From Escherichia coli (lineage in GTDB: Bacteria; Pseudomonadota; Gammaproteobacteria; Enterobacterales; Enterobacteriaceae): a stretch of 64,000 nucleotides of DNA. The notes beneath the pieces were generated by a model. That model worked only from the letters and a program-made list of their open reading frames with translations, was not told the DNA's origin and did no database searches. The position numbers were made by a program, and so were the translations under genes. Below, piece by piece: positions 45,769 to 56,356 of this stretch. The stretch's first letter is position 1. Every line of letters begins with the position of its first letter. Where the stretch lies: NCBI RefSeq assembly GCF_003334385.1, contig NZ_QOWN01000019.1, one strand, 5' to 3'.

Positions 45769-45920
45769 TGTTAATCCTTAATAACCTTTTTATTCTTTGC
45801 CACGGGTTCCGTGGCGGGAGATTATGCCGCGTGAACATGAAGATTATTCCTGGGAATACTCGGAAATTTGTAAGTAATATTTAACTGCTCAATACATCTA
45901 ACCTTTCAGGAGTCTTCGGT

Positions 45921-48254
45921 TTGGCCAACTCATCCTCACGATATTCCGTTCTGACTGCCGCCCATTGGGGGCCCATGCTGGTTGAAACCGACGGCGAAAC
46001 CGTGTTTAGCTCGCGTGGCGCGTTAGCCACAGGAATGGAAAACTCCTTGCAGAGCGCGGTTCGCGACCAGGTTCACAGCAATACGCGGGTACGATTTCCA
46101 ATGGTGCGAAAAGGCTTTCTTGCGTCACCGGAAAACCCGCAAGGCATTCGTGGGCAGGATGAATTTGTTCGCGTGAGTTGGGATGAGGCGCTGGATCTTA
46201 TTCACCAACAACATAAACGCATTCGTGAGGCTTATGGTCCGGCATCGATTTTTGCTGGTTCCTACGGCTGGCGTTCAAACGGCGTGCTGCATAAGGCCTC
46301 GACATTATTACAACGCTATATGGCGCTGGCAGGCGGTTATACCGGGCATCTGGGGGATTATTCGACCGGCGCGGCACAGGCGATCATGCCGTATGTCGTG
46401 GGTGGTAGTGAAGTTTATCAACAGCAGACCAGTTGGCCGCTGGTGCTGGAACATAGCGATGTCGTGGTGCTGTGGAGTGCTAACCCACTCAATACGCTGA
46501 AAATTGCGTGGAATGCATCCGATGAGCAGGGGCTTTCTTACTTTTCTGCACTGCGTGACAGCGGGAAAAAGCTGATCTGCATTGATCCAATGCGATCGGA
46601 AACCGTCGATTTCTTTGGCGATAAAATGGAGTGGGTGGCACCGCACATGGGCACCGATGTTGCGCTGATGCTGGGGATCGCCCATACGCTGGTGGAAAAT
46701 GGTTGGCACGACGAAGCGTTTCTGGCGCGTTGCACCACAGGTTATGCCGTCTTCGCCTCTTATTTGCTGGGCGAGAGTGACGGAATAGCGAAAACCGCCG
46801 AATGGGCAGCAGAGATTTGTGGTGTTGGCGCAGCGAAAATCCGCGAGCTGGCGGCTATTTTCCACCAAAATACCACCATGCTGATGGCAGGCTGGGGAAT
46901 GCAGCGCCAACAGTTTGGTGAGCAAAAACACTGGATGATCGTCACGCTGGCAGCAATGTTGGGGCAAATCGGCACACCCGGCGGCGGTTTTGGTCTTTCT
47001 TACCATTTTGCCAATGGTGGTAACCCCACGCGGCGTTCTGCGGTGCTCTCTTCCATGCAGGGCAGCTTGCCGGGTGGCTGCGATGCGGTGGATAAAATCC
47101 CTGTTGCCCGCATTGTTGAAGCACTGGAAAACCCTGGTGGCGCATATCAACACAACGGTATGAACCGACATTTCCCGGATATTCGTTTTATCTGGTGGGC
47201 GGGCGGTGCCAACTTTACTCATCATCAGGATACCAATCGCCTGATCCGTGCCTGGCAAAAACCGGAGCTGGTGGTGATCTCTGAATGCTTCTGGACGGCG
47301 GCGGCAAAACACGCGGATATCGTTCTGCCTGCGACTACCTCTTTTGAGCGTAATGATCTCACCATGACCGGTGATTACAGTAATCAGCATCTGGTGCCGA
47401 TGAAGCAAGTGGTGCCGCCACGCTATGAAGCGCGTAATGATTTTGATGTTTTTGCCGAGTTAAGTGAACGCTGGGAGAAGGGCGGTTATGCACGTTTTAC
47501 GGAAGGAAAAAGTGAGCTGCAATGGCTGGAAACGTTTTATAACGTTGCCCGACAGCGCGGGGCAAGCCAGCAGGTTGAATTGCCGCCATTTGCTGAGTTC
47601 TGGCAAGCCAACCAGTTAATTGAGATGCCGGAAAACCCGGACAGCGAGCGGTTTATTCGCTTCGCTGATTTTTGCCGCGATCCGCTGGCGCATCCGTTAA
47701 AAACCGCCAGCGGCAAGATTGAAATCTTCTCACAGCGTATTGCCGATTACGGTTACCCGGATTGCCCTGGGCATCCAATGTGGCTGGAGCCGGACGAATG
47801 GCAGGGCAATGCCGAACCAGAACAGTTGCAGGTACTTTCTGCCCATCCGGCGCACCGCCTGCACAGCCAGCTGAATTACAGTTCTCTGCGCGAATTGTAC
47901 GCGGTGGCAAATCGTGAGCCTGTCACCATTCATCCTGACGATGCCCAGGAGCGCGGCATACAAGATGGCGATACTGTTCGGTTGTGGAACGCACGCGGGC
48001 AAATTCTTGCCGGAGCGGTCATTAGCGAGGGAATTAAACCTGGCGTGATTTGCATTCACGAAGGGGCATGGCCGGATCTGGATTTAACCGCTGACGGTAT
48101 TTGTAAAAACGGCGCAGTGAACGTGCTGACCAAAGATCTCCCCAGCTCGCGGCTGGGGAATGGCTGTGCGGGTAATACGGCGCTGGCATGGCTGGAAAAA
48201 TACAACGGTCCGGAACTGACACTTACAGCGTTTGAACCACCGGCCAGCTCATAA
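45921..48254 (+). CDS. bisC: biotin sulfoxide reductase, molybdopterin oxidoreductase (777 aa)
   Basis: DMSO-reductase-family sequence; length. Confidence 0.93.
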
Positions 48255-48663
48255 TCCATGTGGGTAGTTGGGTTTCATCCTGCCATGCGCAATCGACAAT
48301 GTGAAAACCCTGTGCCTGGTAAAAATTTATCGCCGGTTGATTTTTTTGATAAACCTCCAGCATCAGGTGGGGATGGCGCTGCTGCACATACTGCATCAGC
48401 GCCTTACCAATACCGCGCCTGACGGCCTTCGGTGCGACAAACATCGCTGCCAGAAATCGGCCTTCCATAATGCTGACAAAACCGAGAAGCTTACCGTCTT
48501 CTTCCCAGACCCAGTTTTGCGCGTTGGCAAGATAGGCATCCCGCACCAGCGGAATGCAGTCACGCCAGTAATTCGCTTTTATAAAGGGATGCCCCCAGGT
48601 TGTACTTTCCAGCCACAGTTCGAGGATCGCGGGGAGTTCTGAACGTTGCGCTTCCCGAATCAT
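48223..48663 (-). CDS. yiaC: GNAT-family N-acetyltransferase (146 aa)
   Basis: GNAT motif (RRGIGKALM); 3' end overlaps bisC 3' end by 32 nt. Confidence 0.88.
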   Translation of the reverse strand: MIREAQRSELPAILELWLESTTWGHPFIKANYWRDCIPLVRDAYLANAQNWVWEEDGKLLGFVSIMEGRFLAAMFVAPKAVRRGIGKALMQYVQQRHPHLMLEVYQKNQPAINFYQAQGFHIVDCAWQDETQLPTWIMSWPVVQTL

Positions 48664-49223
48664 GGTTTATTTCCCGGATAGCAACAGCAGCCAACCACAT
48701 GATCATTCACCAGCCCACATGCCTGCATAAAGGAGTAACAGATTGTGGTGCCGACAAACTTAAAACCACGTTTTTTCAGTGCCTTAGATAGGGCGTCGGA
48801 GGCGGACGTAGATGTGGGAATTTCGCTCAACGTTGTGGCTTGTGTCACCTGTGGCTGATGATTTACAAACGACCAGACAAAGTCGACAAACGGTTCGCCG
48901 TTCTGTTCCATTTGCAGGTACGCCCGCGCATTACCAATAATTGCCTGAATTTTCCCTCGATGGCGGATAATCCCGGCGTCCTGTACCAGTCTTTCGACAT
49001 CCTCTTCCTGCATTGCTGCGACCTTCACCGGATCGAACTGATGAAAGCAGGCGCGATAGTTTTCGCGTTTTTTGAGGACGGTGATCCACGATAATCCAGC
49101 CTGCTGCCCTTCAAGGCAGATCATTTCGAACAGTTTTTTACTGTCAGTTTCAGGCACGCCCCACTCATTATCATGGTAGGCAATATAAAGCGGGTCCTGA
49201 CTCACCCAGCCGCAACGTTCCAT
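48660..49223 (-). CDS. tag: DNA-3-methyladenine glycosylase I (187 aa)
   Basis: Native start MERCGWVSQDPLYIAYHDNEWGVP; Zn-binding C-terminus; track ORF over-extended. Confidence 0.92.
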   Translation of the reverse strand: MERCGWVSQDPLYIAYHDNEWGVPETDSKKLFEMICLEGQQAGLSWITVLKKRENYRACFHQFDPVKVAAMQEEDVERLVQDAGIIRHRGKIQAIIGNARAYLQMEQNGEPFVDFVWSFVNHQPQVTQATTLSEIPTSTSASDALSKALKKRGFKFVGTTICYSFMQACGLVNDHVVGCCCYPGNKP

Positions 49224-49380
49224 ACTTTCCCTCGCTATGTACCCGATCGTAAAAATTTCAGCCGCTTTTCTTGACGCATCGGTGAAAAAGTCAATATTTA
49301 ATACAGGGCTACTATGCCCGATATCCTTCATACAATGACAATAATATTGCCGAATTCGGCTCTTCCCTGGAGTCGTGTTA

Positions 49381-50079
49381 ATGATCATAAAAAAAAGCGG
49401 TGGTCGCTGGCAGCTAAGCCTGCTGGCGAGCGTGGTAATCAGTGCCTTTTTTCTCAACACAGCTTACGCCTGGCAACAAGAATATATCGTTGATACGCAA
49501 CCCGGACTTTCCACAGAGCGTTACACCTGGGATAGTGATCATCAACCTGATTACAACGATATTTTGTCGCAACGTATTCAAAGTAGCCAAAGGGCGCTGG
49601 GACTGGAAGTCAATCTGGCGGAAGAAACCCCTGTGGATGTGACCAGCAGTATGAGTATGGGCTGGAATTTTCCTTTATATGAACAGGTTACAACCGGCCC
49701 GGTCGCGGCATTACATTACGATGGCACAACCACCTCGATGTATAACGAGTTTGGCGACAGTACTACCACGCTGACCGATCCGTTATGGCATGCCAGCGTG
49801 AGTACCTTAGGCTGGCGTGTTGACTCCCGGCTTGGCGATCTCCGACCCTGGGCGCAAATCAGCTATAACCAGCAATTTGGCGAGAATATCTGGAAGGCGC
49901 AATCAGGCCTGAGCCGGATGACGGCGACAAACCAGAACGGCAACTGGCTGGATGTCACCGTAGGCGCTGATATGTTGCTCAATCAAAATATTGCCGCCTA
50001 TGCCGCGCTAACTCAGGCAGAAAATACCACTAATAATAGCGACTATCTGTATACGATGGGGGTTAGCGCCAGATTTTAA
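49381..50079 (+). CDS. yhjY: outer-membrane beta-barrel (autotransporter-domain-like) protein, 232 aa
   Basis: ATG 49381 (track starts at GTG 49375); signal peptide; C-terminal aromatic residue. Confidence 0.82.
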   Translation: MIIKKSGGRWQLSLLASVVISAFFLNTAYAWQQEYIVDTQPGLSTERYTWDSDHQPDYNDILSQRIQSSQRALGLEVNLAEETPVDVTSSMSMGWNFPLYEQVTTGPVAALHYDGTTTSMYNEFGDSTTTLTDPLWHASVSTLGWRVDSRLGDLRPWAQISYNQQFGENIWKAQSGLSRMTATNQNGNWLDVTVGADMLLNQNIAAYAALTQAENTTNNSDYLYTMGVSARF

Positions 50080-50193
50080 CGTAACAGTCACAATTGAAAC
50101 CATTAAATAACAATAGTTGTGGCGATAGTGGGTGCTAACTTACCAAATAATAAATTTGGTGAATAATTGTCGCGTCATTCATTCCTGAACTAA

Positions 50194-50224
50194 GGCATTT
50201 CATTCCGTTCTGATGGCATTTCAT
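50194..50224 (+). promoter_or_regulatory. direct repeat GGCATTTCAT-N11-GGCATTTCAT upstream of yhjX (candidate LytTR/YpdB response-regulator binding site)
   Basis: Exact 10-bp direct repeat at 50194-50203 and 50215-50224, about 85 bp upstream of yhjX ATG. Confidence 0.7.
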
Positions 50225-50307
50225 GCCGTTTTTCCCCAGGCATAAAGTGCACTTCGTTATGGTTGTCGGCAGAGATTTTTCCTTTTTATTACTGCAGGAA
50301 TACTGCC

Positions 50308-51516
50308 ATGACACCTTCAAATTATCAGCGTACCCGCTGGCTGACACTCATCGGTACTATCATTACCCAGTTTGCGCTGGGGTCGGTTTATACCTGGAGC
50401 CTGTTTAATGGCGCGCTTTCCGCCAAGCTGGATGCGCCGGTAAGCCAGGTCGCTTTCTCTTTCGGCTTGTTAAGTCTGGGGCTGGCAATTTCGTCTTCTG
50501 TTGCGGGCAAATTACAGGAACGTTTTGGCGTTAAACGCGTCACCATGGCTTCCGGCATTTTGCTGGGATTAGGCTTCTTCCTGACAGCGCATTCTGACAA
50601 CCTGATGATGCTGTGGTTAAGCGCCGGTGTGCTGGTGGGACTGGCAGATGGCGCGGGTTATCTGCTGACGCTCTCTAACTGTGTGAAGTGGTTCCCGGAG
50701 CGTAAAGGTCTGATCTCCGCGTTCGCTATCGGTTCTTATGGTCTGGGTAGCCTGGGTTTCAAATTTATCGACACGCAGCTGCTGGAAACGGTCGGTCTGG
50801 AAAAAACCTTTGTGATTTGGGGAGCGATTGCGCTGTTGATGATTGTTTTCGGCGCAACGTTAATGAAAGACGCACCAAAACAGGAAGTGAAAACCAGCAA
50901 TGGTGTGGTGGAGAAAGATTACACGCTGGCAGAGTCGATGCGTAAACCGCAGTACTGGATGTTAGCGGTAATGTTCCTGACCGCCTGCATGAGCGGCCTG
51001 TACGTGATTGGGGTAGCGAAAGATATCGCCCAAAGTCTGGCACACCTTGATGTGGTTTCCGCAGCCAATGCAGTCACTGTTATTTCCATCGCCAACCTTT
51101 CAGGTCGTCTGGTGCTGGGTATTCTGTCTGACAAAATCGCCCGTATCCGTGTTATTACCATTGGTCAGGTGATATCGCTGGTGGGTATGGCGGCCCTGCT
51201 GTTTGCACCATTGAATGCAGTGACGTTCTTTGCAGCGATTGCCTGCGTGGCATTTAACTTTGGCGGCACTATTACCGTCTTTCCGTCACTGGTCAGTGAG
51301 TTCTTTGGCCTCAATAACCTGGCGAAAAACTACGGTGTGATTTATCTCGGTTTCGGTATCGGTAGCATTTGTGGTTCGATTATCGCCTCACTGTTTGGCG
51401 GCTTCTATGTGACCTTCTACGTGATTTTCGCCCTGCTGATTCTGTCATTGGCGCTTTCTACGACGATTCGTCAGCCAGAGCAGAAAATGTTGCGTGAGGC
51501 GCATGGCTCCCTTTAA
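50308..51516 (+). CDS. yhjX: MFS transporter (oxalate/formate antiporter-like), 402 aa
   Basis: Native start MTPSNYQRTRWLTLIG; 12-TM MFS pattern. Confidence 0.9.
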   Translation: MTPSNYQRTRWLTLIGTIITQFALGSVYTWSLFNGALSAKLDAPVSQVAFSFGLLSLGLAISSSVAGKLQERFGVKRVTMASGILLGLGFFLTAHSDNLMMLWLSAGVLVGLADGAGYLLTLSNCVKWFPERKGLISAFAIGSYGLGSLGFKFIDTQLLETVGLEKTFVIWGAIALLMIVFGATLMKDAPKQEVKTSNGVVEKDYTLAESMRKPQYWMLAVMFLTACMSGLYVIGVAKDIAQSLAHLDVVSAANAVTVISIANLSGRLVLGILSDKIARIRVITIGQVISLVGMAALLFAPLNAVTFFAAIACVAFNFGGTITVFPSLVSEFFGLNNLAKNYGVIYLGFGIGSICGSIIASLFGGFYVTFYVIFALLILSLALSTTIRQPEQKMLREAHGSL

Positions 51517-51839
51517 TGCTCAGCCGCGAGCTACTGGGCTTCAGCTTCCGTGTGCATCAAACGCATCAACGAAATGTATAAACAATGACTCGTAAAATTT
51601 GGGCCAATTAACTGGCCCTTTTTACTGCTTTTTGTAACGCTAAAGTCTCTTTTCAAACTTGCATTTTTGTAAATTTGTGCTTCATGCACACTCTTTCCCC
51701 ACACTTTTTCCCTTTGCTGTGGTCTACTTATTCGCGCGTGTAGATTTTACTTATCTGACTACCTCCGCACTTTTTCCCTGCCGGGCCTGAAAAGCCACTA
51801 AGCAGGGTGTTATCACCTGTTTGTCCAGGGTTTGTTTGC

Positions 51840-53531
51840 ATGAGATACATCAAATCGATTACACAGCAGAAGCTGAGCTTTTTGCTTGCAATCTATATTG
51901 GCCTTTTTATGAATGGCGCGGTTTTTTACCGCCGCTTCGGCAGCTATGCGCACGATTTTACCGTCTGGAAAGGCATTTCTGCTGTTGTTGAACTGGCCGC
52001 CACCGTACTGGTGACCTTCTTTTTACTACGTCTTCTTTCGCTGTTTGGCCGCCGCAGCTGGCGTATTCTGGCATCGCTGGTGGTGCTCTTTTCCGCAGGT
52101 GCCAGCTATTACATGACCTTCCTTAATGTGGTCATTGGTTATGGCATCATCGCTTCCGTCATGACCACCGATATCGACCTGTCAAAAGAAGTTGTTGGTC
52201 TGAACTTTATTCTCTGGTTAATCGCCGTTAGTGCATTGCCTCTTATCCTTATCTGGAATAACCGCTGTCGCTACACCTTGCTCCGACAACTGCGAACCCC
52301 AGGGCAGCGTATTCGCAGCCTGGCGGTCGTCGTACTGGCGGGTATTATGGTTTGGGCACCGATTCGTTTGCTGGATATCCAGCAGAAGAAAGTGGAGAGG
52401 GCGACCGGCGTTGATTTGCCGAGTTATGGCGGTGTCGTAGCGAACTCTTATCTGCCATCAAACTGGCTTTCTGCGTTGGGGCTGTATGCCTGGGCGCGGG
52501 TCGATGAATCTTCCGATAATAATTCATTGCTTAATCCGGCGAAGAAATTCACTTATCAGGCACCGCAAAACGTTGATGACACTTATGTCGTGTTTATCAT
52601 CGGTGAAACCACGCGTTGGGACCATATGGGTATTTTCGGCTATGAGCGTAATACCACGCCGAAACTGGCCCAGGAGAAAAATCTGGCGGCGTTCCGTGGT
52701 TACTCCTGTGATACCGCAACCAAACTCTCACTGCGTTGCATGTTTGTACGTCAGGGGGGCGCGGAAGATAATCCGCAGCGCACATTAAAAGAACAGAACA
52801 TTTTCGCGGTTCTGAAGCAGTTAGGATTCAGTTCTGACCTCTACGCTATGCAGAGCGAAATGTGGTTCTACAGCAACACGATGGCGGACAACATTGCTTA
52901 TCGTGAGCAGATTGGTGCGGAGCCACGTAATCGTGGCAAGCCGGTAGATGATATGTTGCTGGTAGACGAAATGCAGCAATCGCTAGGGCGCAACCCGGAT
53001 GGTAAGCATCTGATCATTCTGCATACCAAAGGTTCGCATTTTAACTACACCCAGCGTTATCCGCGTAGCTTCGCGCAGTGGAAGCCGGAATGTATTGGTG
53101 TTGATAGCGGCTGTACCAAAGCGCAGATGATCAACTCCTATGACAACTCGGTGACCTATGTGGATCACTTTATCTCCAGCGTGATTGATCAGGTTCGCGA
53201 TAAGAAAGCGATTGTGTTCTACGCAGCTGACCACGGTGAGTCAATTAATGAACGCGAGCACCTGCACGGCACGCCGCGTGAACTGGCACCGCCGGAGCAG
53301 TTCCGCGTACCGATGATGGTCTGGATGTCAGATAAATATCTGGAAAATCCGGCCAATGCGCAGGCGTTTGCGCAGCTGAAAAAAGAAGCCGACATGAAAG
53401 TGCCACGCCGTCACGTAGAGCTGTACGATACCATCATGGGTTGTCTTGGCTATACTTCACCGGATGGTGGAATTAACGAAAACAACAACTGGTGTCACAT
53501 CCCGCAGGCAAAAGAGGCAGCGGCTAACTAA
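51840..53531 (+). CDS. eptB: Kdo2-lipid A phosphoethanolamine transferase (563 aa)
   Basis: Native start [14 protein letters not shown]; N-terminal TM domain plus sulfatase-like domain. Confidence 0.9.
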
Positions 53532-53581
53532 GCGGCCTGCTGACTTTCTCGCCGATCAAAAGGCATTTTGCTATTAAGGGA

Positions 53582-53610
53582 TTGACGAGGGCGTATCTGC
53601 GCAGTAAGAT
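53582..53610 (+). promoter_or_regulatory. proK promoter (-35 TTGACG, 17-bp spacer, -10 TAAGAT)
   Basis: TTGACG 53582-53587, TAAGAT 53605-53610, about 12 nt before the mature tRNA 5' end. Confidence 0.75.
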
Positions 53611-53622
53611 GCGCCCCGCATT

Positions 53623-53699
<77 letters not shown>

Positions 53700-53706
53700 A
53701 ATTCGA

Positions 53707-53735
53707 AAAGCCTGCTCAACGAGCAGGCTTTTTTG
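53707..53735 (+). terminator. rho-independent terminator of proK
   Basis: Perfect 11-bp stem aaagcctgctc / gagcaggcttt, loop aacg, T-run. Confidence 0.9.
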
Positions 53736-53789
53736 CATCTGCAGCTCATGAGGATGAGAACCTCCGGGGGCAGGGAGGTTCGACTCGAC

Positions 53790-53875
53790 GTAGGCCTGAT
53801 AAGACGCGTCAGCGTCGCATCAGGCAAATGTGCCGGCCATTGTCGGATGCGGCGCGACCGCCTTATTCGACCTAC
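53790..53875. repeat. REP/BIME cluster upstream of dppA
   Basis: gtaggcctgataagacgcgtcagcgtcgcatcaggc ... gccggccattgtcggatgcggcgcgaccgccttattcgacctac. Confidence 0.75.
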
Positions 53876-54441
53876 ACGACACACATTTCCCTGCCAAATT
53901 TGCGCCCCATATCTCACTATCCATTAACGGATTTGTGACAGAAACCATTGTCTTTTTTTATATTTGCTTAAATCTTTTTTTGCGTTACTTATGGCTGGCC
54001 CTGGCATTTTCCGCTGTGCGTTTTAGCGTTCATGGTATTAATCGCTCAGATATCCACCTTTTCCTCAGATTTTTTTCATTAAATGCATAAAACTTAATCA
54101 CCAAATGTTGCTAAATATTAAGCTGATTGTTCTGGTCATGTTGGAGTAGCACAAATTTCTCTGCTGCAAATAGCTGTTTGAAGTTTTTTTAATCTTTGTT
54201 TGTGGATTCTCACCGTTGGTGTAAATCCCGGTTGGCTGTATTGACGTTTTCACATTCTGTTGACAGATTGTAGGTCACGAGGGGCATTTTATGGAGGATC
54301 CGCACTGTTACACTGATGTTAATTAGTACGGCATCCCCACCTCATAACGTTGACCCGACCGGGCAAAAAACAAAAAAGGTCAGGCAGCGACAACCCACTG
54401 CAAAGGGTTAAAACAACAAACATCACAATTGGAGCAGAATA

Positions 54442-56049
54442 ATGCGTATTTCCTTGAAAAAGTCAGGGATGCTGAAGCTTGGTCTCAGCCTGGTGGCTAT
54501 GACCGTCGCAGCAAGTGTTCAGGCTAAAACTCTGGTTTATTGCTCAGAAGGATCTCCGGAAGGGTTTAACCCGCAGCTGTTTACCTCCGGCACCACCTAT
54601 GACGCCTCTTCCGTCCCGCTTTATAACCGTCTGGTTGAATTTAAAATCGGCACCACCGAAGTGATCCCGGGCCTCGCTGAAAAGTGGGAAGTCAGCGAAG
54701 ACGGTAAAACCTATACCTTCCATCTGCGTAAAGGTGTGAAGTGGCACGACAATAAAGAATTCAAACCGACGCGTGAACTGAACGCCGATGATGTGGTGTT
54801 CTCGTTCGATCGTCAGAAAAACGCGCAAAACCCGTACCATAAAGTTTCTGGCGGCAGCTACGAATACTTCGAAGGCATGGGCTTGCCAGAGCTGATCAGT
54901 GAAGTGAAAAAGGTGGACGACAACACCGTTCAGTTTGTGCTGACTCGCCCGGAAGCGCCGTTCCTCGCTGACCTGGCAATGGACTTCGCCTCTATTCTGT
55001 CAAAAGAATATGCTGATGCGATGATGAAAGCCGGTACACCGGAAAAACTGGACCTCAACCCAATCGGAACCGGTCCGTTCCAGTTACAGCAGTATCAAAA
55101 AGATTCCCGTATCCGCTACAAAGCGTTTGATGGCTACTGGGGCACCAAACCGCAGATCGATACGCTGGTTTTCTCTATTACCCCTGACGCTTCCGTGCGT
55201 TACGCGAAATTGCAGAAGAATGAATGCCAGGTGATGCCGTACCCGAACCCGGCAGATATCGCTCGCATGAAGCAGGATAAATCCATCAATCTGATGGAAA
55301 TGCCGGGGCTGAACGTCGGTTATCTCTCGTATAACGTGCAGAAAAAACCACTCGATGACGTGAAAGTTCGCCAGGCTCTGACCTACGCGGTGAACAAAGA
55401 CGCGATCATCAAAGCGGTTTATCAGGGCGCGGGCGTATCAGCGAAAAACCTGATCCCGCCAACCATGTGGGGCTATAACGACGACGTTCAGGACTACACC
55501 TACGATCCTGAAAAAGCGAAAGCCTTGCTGAAAGAAGCGGGTCTGGAAAAAGGTTTCTCCATCGACCTGTGGGCGATGCCGGTACAACGTCCGTATAACC
55601 CGAACGCTCGCCGCATGGCGGAGATGATTCAGGCAGACTGGGCGAAAGTCGGCGTGCAGGCCAAAATTGTCACCTACGAATGGGGTGAGTACCTCAAGCG
55701 TGCGAAAGATGGCGAGCACCAGACGGTAATGATGGGCTGGACTGGCGATAACGGGGATCCGGATAACTTCTTCGCCACCCTGTTCAGCTGCGCCGCCTCT
55801 GAACAAGGCTCCAACTACTCAAAATGGTGCTACAAACCGTTTGAAGATCTGATTCAACCGGCGCGTGCTACCGACGACCACAATAAACGCGTTGAACTGT
55901 ACAAACAAGCGCAGGTGGTGATGCACGATCAGGCTCCGGCACTGATCATCGCTCACTCCACCGTGTTTGAACCGGTACGTAAAGAAGTTAAAGGCTATGT
56001 GGTTGATCCATTAGGCAAACATCACTTCGAAAACGTCTCTATCGAATAA
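54442..56049 (+). CDS. dppA: dipeptide ABC transporter periplasmic binding protein (535 aa)
   Basis: Signal peptide; SBP family 5 sequence. Confidence 0.95.
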   Translation: MRISLKKSGMLKLGLSLVAMTVAASVQAKTLVYCSEGSPEGFNPQLFTSGTTYDASSVPLYNRLVEFKIGTTEVIPGLAEKWEVSEDGKTYTFHLRKGVKWHDNKEFKPTRELNADDVVFSFDRQKNAQNPYHKVSGGSYEYFEGMGLPELISEVKKVDDNTVQFVLTRPEAPFLADLAMDFASILSKEYADAMMKAGTPEKLDLNPIGTGPFQLQQYQKDSRIRYKAFDGYWGTKPQIDTLVFSITPDASVRYAKLQKNECQVMPYPNPADIARMKQDKSINLMEMPGLNVGYLSYNVQKKPLDDVKVRQALTYAVNKDAIIKAVYQGAGVSAKNLIPPTMWGYNDDVQDYTYDPEKAKALLKEAGLEKGFSIDLWAMPVQRPYNPNARRMAEMIQADWAKVGVQAKIVTYEWGEYLKRAKDGEHQTVMMGWTGDNGDPDNFFATLFSCAASEQGSNYSKWCYKPFEDLIQPARATDDHNKRVELYKQAQVVMHDQAPALIIAHSTVFEPVRKEVKGYVVDPLGKHHFENVSIE

Positions 56050-56085
56050 TTAAAAGCCATACAAGACTGATGGCAAAGGCAAAAA

Positions 56086-56190
56086 TGCCTGATGCGCTCC
56101 TCTTATCAGGCCTACGAAAATTCTGCAATGTATTGAATTTGCACGATTTTGTAGGCCGGATAAGGCGTTAACGCCGCATCCGGCATAAAC
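56086..56190. repeat. REP/BIME cluster between dppA and dppB
   Basis: gcctgatgcgctcctcttatcaggcctac ... gtaggccggataaggcgttaacgccgcatccggc. Confidence 0.8.
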
Positions 56191-56356
56191 AAAGCGCACT
56201 TTGTCAACAATCTGTATACCCGGTGGCGCTGTGCCTCTGCGTGCAGCGCCATCCGGCAGCAATACTTCATTCCCTGTCCGATAAGGGCGGGAATTGATTT
56301 GTGAGCAATACAGACACGCAGTTCCAGGCTGCGGGTCACTATAGAGAATCCGGGTT

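Noticed and set aside
45145-45774. 209-codon plus-strand ORF antisense to yiaD
   Set aside because: Mirror frame of the glycine/alanine-rich yiaD region; spurious.
46308-47408. 366-codon minus-strand ORF antisense to bisC
   Set aside because: Antisense to a well-supported molybdoenzyme gene; no start context; translation has no recognisable domain character.
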